A stretch of DNA of 64,000 nt, taken from IMG/VR virus record IMGVR_UViG_3300045282_000084, positions 15,347 to 79,346 of that record, one strand, 5' to 3'. A program made the position numbers and the translations under genes. Shown here one piece after another: positions 57,394 through 64,000 of this stretch. This DNA comes from a virus. How positions within the stretch are numbered: the stretch's first letter is position 1; every line of letters starts with the position of its first letter. The notes under the pieces were generated by a model, which worked only from the letters and a program-made list of their open reading frames with translations, was not told the DNA's origin and made no database searches.

Positions 57394-60040
57394 GTGCCTG
57401 AGATCGAAACCCTGTGCGAAGCATGTGGCTACCCGTGTGACGGGCAGTTCTGCTTGCGCGAAAAGTGCGTGGCCGATCGATTCGGAATCAAGCCGCCGAA
57501 GCCGAAGCCGCGTCGAAAGCGCGTCAAGAAGCTACCCAAGCCCATCGCGCCTGCGAAGTTCAAGCGCAGGCAACGGGTTGACCATCAGCCGCCCATCGGT
57601 ACCCGAGAGGGGTTGAACGACCACCACAACGAGAGCTACCAGCGCATCACCATTCACCGCTACCTCGAACGCGACAAGATCGAGGCGCTGATCAAGCTTG
57701 GGGAGGAACTGGAGAAGTAGCAGCATGGTCATCATCAGGATCGAGACCGAACCAGCCGAGTTCCCACTCGGCCCGTTCTACAACCTGTGGATCGAGGGTG
57801 ACCTCGCTCACCACGGCGACTCAATCCATCCCATCCTCGACAAGATCGTGGACATGCGGAGGATGGGCCGCATCGTGGTGTTCGACTCATGTCCGACGTA
57901 GAACTCCAGCCGCTCCCGCTCACCAAAAGGTACATCTACGTCGCCTCATGGTGGGACGGGGACGAGTTCACCTGGCCGATCGGCTACTTTCGTCTTCCTC
58001 CCACGCGCAGGGATCAGTTACGCGCGCTGCGCGACTTTCTGCTCGAATCGGAATACGGCGACGGCGAGGGGCTATCTGCCCACTTTCGGGATTACCCTCC
58101 CAGAAGGGACGTGCTTGAAAATGTCAAGATCGAGCGACACATGCTCCGATAGGAGGGTCACGATGCGGTACGCTCGCATTCAGAGCACAGACGCTATCGT
58201 CATTTCGCGCTACCTGCCCACAAACTACTCCGTGCTGTTCTCCGATGAGCGAACGACGGTGATTGCAGGCGAGGATGTCTACGGGTGGGCGCTCGATGAC
58301 TTCGTGCTTCCACGTCTGAGCACGTGGAACCTCATCGGCGGTGAGATCGATCTGCTGGGAGAGTGCAAGCTGTGCGGGGAGGCGGTGTTCACCGACGATG
58401 ACCCCGGCGAGATGCACGACCCGAACAGCGACAAGCGCGGCACCTGTCACGGGCAGTGCGGCCTCGACGCGGGCTGGGTGGTGTCGTGAGCGCAGAAGAC
58501 GACCCCAACCGTCAGCTTGGACCGTTCGTGGAGGGGCTCATTATGGGGGCCATCCTGGCGGACTGGCCGCGACTCGACACGAACACCAGGGCGATCGGCT
58601 GGAAGATGGAGATGGTGGAACTAGACCGTCACGCGCTGGTGTTTACCAGCCCAACCAAAATCAAGTGGCGCATCGTGGCGCAGATCATCGAGGACGACTC
58701 GACGCCCTCTCAGGGGTCAGGTACAATCGACACATGAGTCAACCACCCACCGAAAGGGTCTAGACATGGATACCCAGGCGCGTGTTCTTGTGATAGCGCT
58801 CGTGCTCACCAGTTTCGTCGCGGGCCTTCTTCTCGGCCACTTTGGTTTGCCATCATGACTTACGACGACATGATGGACCTCAAGCGCAACGAGGAGTCAG
58901 AGGGTGAGGCAGGCCCACGCCCGCTCGCGTTCACGGCGGACGAGGTAGCCCAGCACATCCACGAGAACCCGGACGATCCCGACTGCGAGGTGCTGAACCT
59001 CGCGATGGAGCGCGACGTGGCCGCCCGTGAGCGATATTGGCAGCAGCGTGCGCTGGACGCAGAGGAGAGGCTACGCGAATACGAACGTGGCTATCGCCAT
59101 GCTTTCTGAGTCTGTGTTCCTAGGAGTTTTGGCGGTCATCGTTCTGATCCTCGTCGCCCTGGCCATTCGCCCGCTGCTCGAACTGCGAAGGCTCGACAAG
59201 CTCGACCGCGAGACGTGGGCCAAGATTCACGACCTGAACAGGAGGAAGCGGTGACTAGGCCGTTCGGGATTCCCATGCAGGATGTCCCACCAGGCTGGCA
59301 TGCAATACCCACTGAGTACGGCATGGCCGTATTCACCCGTCAGCAGTACGAGCGAGCCGAAATCCCCAACGGGACGCGCGTGCGCAAGATCAACACTAAG
59401 CCAGGCGACGTGTACGTGGATGGCTGGGAGGGAGTGGTGATCGGGAGTGCTGGTCATGAGTCTCTTGACCCAGAGGTCGGCTACTTCGTCATCTGGGACG
59501 GCAGTGAGATTCCCATTGGCACGATCGGCTCGAAGCTGGAGATGGTGTGATGAGCGACGCTCTTTACGAGGCGCTCGCAGAGTTGGAAACCGCCGCGACC
59601 GAGTTGGTGAAGACAGCCAAGCCAGTGTCAGGCACAGACGCATGGGTCGTGTCGAAGCAAGCAATGGATCGGCTTCGCGTGGCATTGATCGAGTTGACCC
59701 AGGAGTATGAGCGCGAGTAGTCGCCCTCTGAGCGGTGCGATACCATACTTGCATGAGTTCAGTCAACCGAAAGGGCACTATGCCACGTGAGACGGAAATC
59801 GGCTCGTCTGAGACGAGCCACAAGGTGGGTGATCGCGTCACGCTCGCCCTCCGACACGAGAGCTGGCCGTATGTGAAGGCATATACGGGCACGATCGTGT
59901 CGTTCGGAAGCGATGTGCGCGAGGCGCGCCCCGACGACGAGGGTGGGACGGTCGCCGTCGCACAAGTCAAGATCGACGGCGGTTACAACAACTTGGATTG
60001 GATCACGGTGCCCATCGATCACCTGCCTGATCCGGTATGA
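57394..60040 (+). other. Array of small hypothetical ORFs (57394-57720, 57725-57901, 57889-58152, 58163-58489, 58486-58737, 58855-59109, 59099-59254, 59251-59550, 59780-60040)
   Basis: Coupled starts and stops; three CCCTCT promoters (57336, 58705, 59724). Confidence 0.55.
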
Positions 60041-61071
60041 GGTTCAAGGAACACGTCGAGCGCGCATCGGGTTGGATCGACTCCTCGATCATGACCCAAA
60101 TCCAGCAGATGGGTGCCGATCCAGCCTTCGACAAGCGGCGGGTGACCGAAGCCATGAACTATGGCTGGCGGTACACCGAAGCCGAGGGAGTGCCGCCCGA
60201 GCGGTACTTGGGTGCGCTGCAAACGTCAGCCTGGTTCAACATCGACAGCGACATGCTCGATGGGGTGCTGCAAGGCGCTGACCCCACGATAGACGAACTG
60301 CCACCGCTGCCGTTTCCCCGTATTGCGCTCGACGCGCGCTGGGCGTTGCGAGGTACGCGGTCGCCACTGTTCGCGGTCTCGTTGGAGGAGTCACAGGATG
60401 CGTCACATCACTTGATGCACGCGCAGAAGGTTCTCTACCCCGGCGATCCGGTTCCAGATGCGACGTATACCCTCGCCTGCGCCACAATGATCATCTTCGA
60501 GATTCAGCAGGGAATGTTGTGGGACGTGATGACGACGATGACGTACATCGACCGGCACAAGAACTGGGTCAGGAACCCCACGTTTTTCGGCTTTCATGTC
60601 ACTTCTCAGCAACATCTGGCCGATCACGATGGCTGGCGCAAGTACAACATGTTCGGCTGGAGTGAGGATGAGAAGGACACGGTGGTCGAGTTCGACACCT
60701 TCTTCGGCCATCTGGTGTGGAAGACGGCGGTGTCAGCCGCGCACATCATCACCGCCACGAATATCCGCAACGTCCGAGTGCTACCCAAGCGCAAGCAGAT
60801 GCGCGACCTGAACCGCCGTCACCGCTACGCCCCCATCGAGGCCCGCATCTACCGCGTGGACATCAATCAGAATACGCTGGTCACGTCGGGGGCGAGCGAT
60901 CGCGAGTTCCACTGTCGGTGGATGGTGCGCGGGCACTACCGACGCACAGCCCACGGCGAGTACCGCCACCCGGTCGATGGCTCTCCCGCCTCGTGGGTGC
61001 GAGCGCATATCAAGGGTCCTGCCGGTGCGCCGTGGAAGGGTCGCCCCTATCACGTCAAGGAGGAAGTGTGA
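60037..61071 (+). CDS. Conserved phage protein with C-terminal VRGHYR..WVRAHIKGP motif
   Basis: Basic C-terminal motif typical of a family of uncharacterised phage proteins. Confidence 0.7.
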   Translation: MRFKEHVERASGWIDSSIMTQIQQMGADPAFDKRRVTEAMNYGWRYTEAEGVPPERYLGALQTSAWFNIDSDMLDGVLQGADPTIDELPPLPFPRIALDARWALRGTRSPLFAVSLEESQDASHHLMHAQKVLYPGDPVPDATYTLACATMIIFEIQQGMLWDVMTTMTYIDRHKNWVRNPTFFGFHVTSQQHLADHDGWRKYNMFGWSEDEKDTVVEFDTFFGHLVWKTAVSAAHIITATNIRNVRVLPKRKQMRDLNRRHRYAPIEARIYRVDINQNTLVTSGASDREFHCRWMVRGHYRRTAHGEYRHPVDGSPASWVRAHIKGPAGAPWKGRPYHVKEEV

Positions 61072-61260
61072 GCTACTGCAAGGGTTCAGGCTTGCTGGGC
61101 TTTCCGGTCGGCTTCAAGCTCAACGGCAGATTCGTGCGTATGCCTGGCTGGGTTATCTGTAGTGGTTGCGGTGGGCATTTAGCCGCTACCGGGAAGTTGG
61201 TCCGCAATCACCCGCCAGTGGCCGATAAGTCTTTTCGGCTTGACGGGAAGGAGACACCCG

Positions 61261-61521
61261 ATGGCTGACGAAGGCGACTACGTGATCCAGATCCTCGATC
61301 GTGGCTTGGCTGGGGCGTACATCACTGAGTTCACGGCCGAGGATGGGCTTGAAGTCACGAGCCTCGTGGAGCAGGCCAAGCGGTTTGCGACCAACCTGGA
61401 GGCGATGGAGTTCTGGCGTCAGGAGCTGCCCCAGGGTGTGCAGGGCGACAACCCAGCTCGGCCCAACCGCCCCCTCACCGCCTTCACGGTCAACATTCAC
61501 AGGGCGAGCCAAGCTACGTGA
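61261..61521 (+). CDS. Hypothetical protein
   Basis: AAGGAG SD; RPNRPLTAFTV. Confidence 0.6.
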   Translation: MADEGDYVIQILDRGLAGAYITEFTAEDGLEVTSLVEQAKRFATNLEAMEFWRQELPQGVQGDNPARPNRPLTAFTVNIHRASQAT

Positions 61522-61588
61522 GCCGGAGTGACTCCCTCTGGGACGGTGGCTCGTACCCTGGTCGCACCGAAACCCCGATGCGCGCTCG

Positions 61589-61694
61589 ACACGTGCCGTG
61601 AGCCAATATGAACCTCGCGTCAGGGAAGGTGTGGGTCGGTACCTACCCCTACCTAAACCTCCAACGACCGCAGGCTTGATCGTGCGACGGCAGG
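61589..61694. repeat. Dispersed 106-bp element, copy C
   Basis: Gapless alignment with copy B (60/106 by hand count). Confidence 0.7.
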
Positions 61695-61768
61695 CACAGC
61701 CTTCACATCGCCCTCTCGGTGGTCGCGTACACTACGCGCAGGTCAGTCAACCACCGAAAGGGTCTGAG

Positions 61769-62164
61769 ATGGAGATCATCAGCAAGCGCGAGCGCGTCGA
61801 GGTTGCGAAGTTCGCCCTCGGCTATCGTTGGCGCGACGACCCGCAGGCAGGCTTCGGCTTCGACTGCGACGAGAACGGAAACGTTCTGCTTGACCAGATG
61901 GGCGAGGCTGCGCTGGACAACCTGCGCAAGTGCGAGGACGGCACGTACGACGTGGTGCGTGTCGGCGTGGAAAACTTCTCGTACTCCTACATCAACCACG
62001 CGGTCGGCAAATGCTCCTGCGGTCGAGAGGTCACGCTCGCGTACTTCACCAATGCTTGCGAGTGCGGGCGCGACTACAACAGCTCGGGCATGTTGCTCGC
62101 ACACCGCAGCCAGTGGGGCGAGGAGACGGGTGAGAGTCTGGCCGACATCTTGAGGATACCGTGA
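61769..62164 (+). CDS. Zn-ribbon phage protein under a CCCTCT promoter
   Basis: GFGFDCDENG..CSCG..CECG.DYN.SG..LA.RSQW. Confidence 0.7.
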   Translation: MEIISKRERVEVAKFALGYRWRDDPQAGFGFDCDENGNVLLDQMGEAALDNLRKCEDGTYDVVRVGVENFSYSYINHAVGKCSCGREVTLAYFTNACECGRDYNSSGMLLAHRSQWGEETGESLADILRIP

Positions 62165-62180
62165 CGAGAAAGGTGGCCTA

Positions 62181-62609
62181 ATGCTCCCCAACATGCACGA
62201 GCTTCACGACCTGCCGTTCGAGATTCAAGCGGCCATGATCCAGGGCATCACGAAGGAGATCGCCGACAAGGGCGAACCCTTCTGGGTGGTGGTGAGGGAT
62301 GTCGAGATCGTCGGCATGAAGTACCAGCACCTGTGTCTGATGTACACCGAGATGGCCACCATATGGCGGCTCGCCGTCAAGGACGAGTGTGGGTGTGTGG
62401 CCATCATCGACCAGCCAGCTCCATCAGCGCCCCTTCTGGGGCCGACGTTCACCAACGCTCTGGTGAAGAAGCTGCTCACCCGCAACGGCTTTGGGTTTGT
62501 CGAGGCAATCGACGGCAACCACGAAGCCTGGAATCGCCCAGATGGTGACCCGGACGATGGCGAGTGGCTCACCGAGGGCATGGAGAACCTTGAGGACGGG
62601 GAGGAGTGA
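62181..62609 (+). CDS. Hypothetical protein
   Basis: GAAAGGT SD. Confidence 0.55.
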   Translation: MLPNMHELHDLPFEIQAAMIQGITKEIADKGEPFWVVVRDVEIVGMKYQHLCLMYTEMATIWRLAVKDECGCVAIIDQPAPSAPLLGPTFTNALVKKLLTRNGFGFVEAIDGNHEAWNRPDGDPDDGEWLTEGMENLEDGEE

Positions 62610-62626
62610 CCTCCCCGTCCCTCCGG

Positions 62627-63250
62627 TTAGGAGATGGTGACCTTCGAGATTTGCAGGACGGTGCGCGCCGAGGCTCCGGCTGCGTTCTCCTGCATGAACA
62701 TGTGCATCGGAGTGCTGGGCACGTGGCTGGTGATCTTGCCGTAGGAAATGCCATCAACCAGGAAGTTCAGCGAGCCCGCCTTCCAGATGACCGTGGTCGT
62801 GTGCCACTGAGTGAAGTCGCCAGCGGTCTTGACGCGAATCATCGTGTTCGACGCCCCGTAATGGAGCGTGGAATGGATCGCGCTGCGGGCAGAGTTGGTG
62901 GGATCAGACTCCGTGAAGTCGATCTCGTCGTGGGCAGCCTTGCCAAACAGGCCGAACACGTACTTGCCCCCGCCCTTGGAGATCCGGTAGGTGACCGAGT
63001 AGGTGCCGTAGGTGCGCCACAGCAGCGAACCAACTCCGCCGCCTGTGCCGCCGTACATCCACTCATTGAGGTTCCCGGTGGGAGAGAGGATCACGTGCGC
63101 CGGACTCCAATGCTGCCCGAGTCGTCCCGTCCCACTGAACGCGCGCCACGGCTGGCCAGAGAACTGGATCTGCGTACCGGCCGAAGCCGACGCAGCGCCA
63201 CAAGCCAGGATCGCGAGCGCGATGACTGAGATGATCTTGAGTCGCTTCAT
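62627..63250 (-). CDS. Secreted glycoside hydrolase family 16 protein
   Basis: Signal peptide; catalytic EIDFTE (ExDxxE); FTQWHT..W..LNFLVDG..PSTPM. Confidence 0.8.
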   Translation of the reverse strand: MKRLKIISVIALAILACGAASASAGTQIQFSGQPWRAFSGTGRLGQHWSPAHVILSPTGNLNEWMYGGTGGGVGSLLWRTYGTYSVTYRISKGGGKYVFGLFGKAAHDEIDFTESDPTNSARSAIHSTLHYGASNTMIRVKTAGDFTQWHTTTVIWKAGSLNFLVDGISYGKITSHVPSTPMHMFMQENAAGASARTVLQISKVTIS

Positions 63251-63330
63251 GTCCTCCCTATCGGTCGAGGACTATTAGCTCTGCATCCCCATGATGCAGT
63301 ATCTCCACCTACCATCAGAAGGGAGTAAAC

Positions 63331-64000
63331 GTGAGGAAAAGCTTCTTGGGGGTCATCGCAATAGCGGTGCTTGCCCTCGGAGGAACCGCTTGTGGCGCGA
63401 GCGGAAGCCCAGGTGAGATCGGCATCGTCCACAACGGCGGGCCGTTCGACAACACCAACATCCGCCAGGTGCTGCCTGTCGGAGCGGGCTATACCTGGAT
63501 CGGGCTCAACTCGACGGTCCACTTCTACCCCTCCGACGTGGTGCAGCGGTTCTGGAAGATCAGCCCGAAGCCGGGCTCTGACCAGGCCGAGCGCGTGTGC
63601 GTGCCCACAGCAGACGGTGTGCTGGTGTGTCTAGAGGGCCAGATCACGTTCACCACGGCCTTCAACAACACCACCCAGGGGGAGACGCTGGCGAAGGAGT
63701 TCGATCTCCAGTACGGCTTGCGCACCTACCCGATCGTCGGCCAGCCGGGTCAGACCACTCATGCCTACTCGGGCGACGTGGGGTGGACGGCCTTCCTCGA
63801 TGCCATCGTTCAGCCCGTGATCGACAACGAGCTGCGCCAAGCGGTGGGGAAGGTGCAGTGCCAGGAGCTGGTGTCGTCGTGCTCCCTGGTCACGTCGGGG
63901 CACGGAGCGAAGAACGTGACTGTGAACACGAATGGCCAGCAGACCCAGGACAACATCGCCCAGGTACAGCAGTCAGTCGAGGCTGGCTTGCAAACGGACG
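63331..64000 (+). CDS. SPFH/band-7 domain lipoprotein, 3' truncated
   Basis: GTG 63331 MRKSFLGVIAIAVLALGGTAC (lipobox), GIVHNGGPFD, VPTADGV, PVIDNELRQA; not in the ORF track because it runs off the window. Confidence 0.7.
   Translation, partial: MRKSFLGVIAIAVLALGGTACGASGSPGEIGIVHNGGPFDNTNIRQVLPVGAGYTWIGLNSTVHFYPSDVVQRFWKISPKPGSDQAERVCVPTADGVLVCLEGQITFTTAFNNTTQGETLAKEFDLQYGLRTYPIVGQPGQTTHAYSGDVGWTAFLDAIVQPVIDNELRQAVGKVQCQELVSSCSLVTSGHGAKNVTVNTNGQQTQDNIAQVQQSVEAGLQTD

Noticed and set aside
61534-61560. Additional CCCTCT promoter copies (61534 plus strand; 27869 minus strand)
   Set aside because: No TAnnnT at the 11-nt spacing, so not counted.

Overview
High-GC (~64%) dsDNA tailed phage or prophage segment, siphovirus-like. 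The host is probably Actinomycetota; this is inferred from GC content, an LPxTG motif and the lysin types. Region 1-26.3 kb is the virion and lysis module: a giant repeat-scaffold fibre with GH26-like and GH10 domains (start lies before the window), HK97 major capsid, neck and tail genes, a tail chaperone with a likely -1 frameshift, a tape measure with an SLT domain, a tail tip, and a multi-enzyme lysis cassette. Region 26.3-32.2 kb holds a ParB-like gene, HNH, small and large terminase with no adjacent portal, and an AAA+ ATPase. Region 32.4-64 kb is an early/accessory arm: SLOG, Sak/Rad52 recombinase, replication helpers, a DenV-like glycosylase, a methyltransferase, vWA, a secreted SLT, GH16, an SPFH lipoprotein and many small ORFs. 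The most unusual signals are non-coding. (1) At least 17 copies of a non-canonical promoter-like element, CCCTCT-N11-TAnnnT, usually followed by a GTCAACC..GAAAGGG leader, head the accessory gene cassettes. (2) A 106-bp element occurs three times (27.1, 55.7, 61.6 kb) and aligns without gaps. (3) Two large, highly structured candidate ncRNAs lie at 33.2 and 35.2 kb. (4) A five-copy 26-bp motif reads as an antisense version of the same promoter architecture. I saw no integrase, reverse transcriptase, CRISPR array or canonical tRNA. All calls come from reading motifs by eye; no database searches were run.
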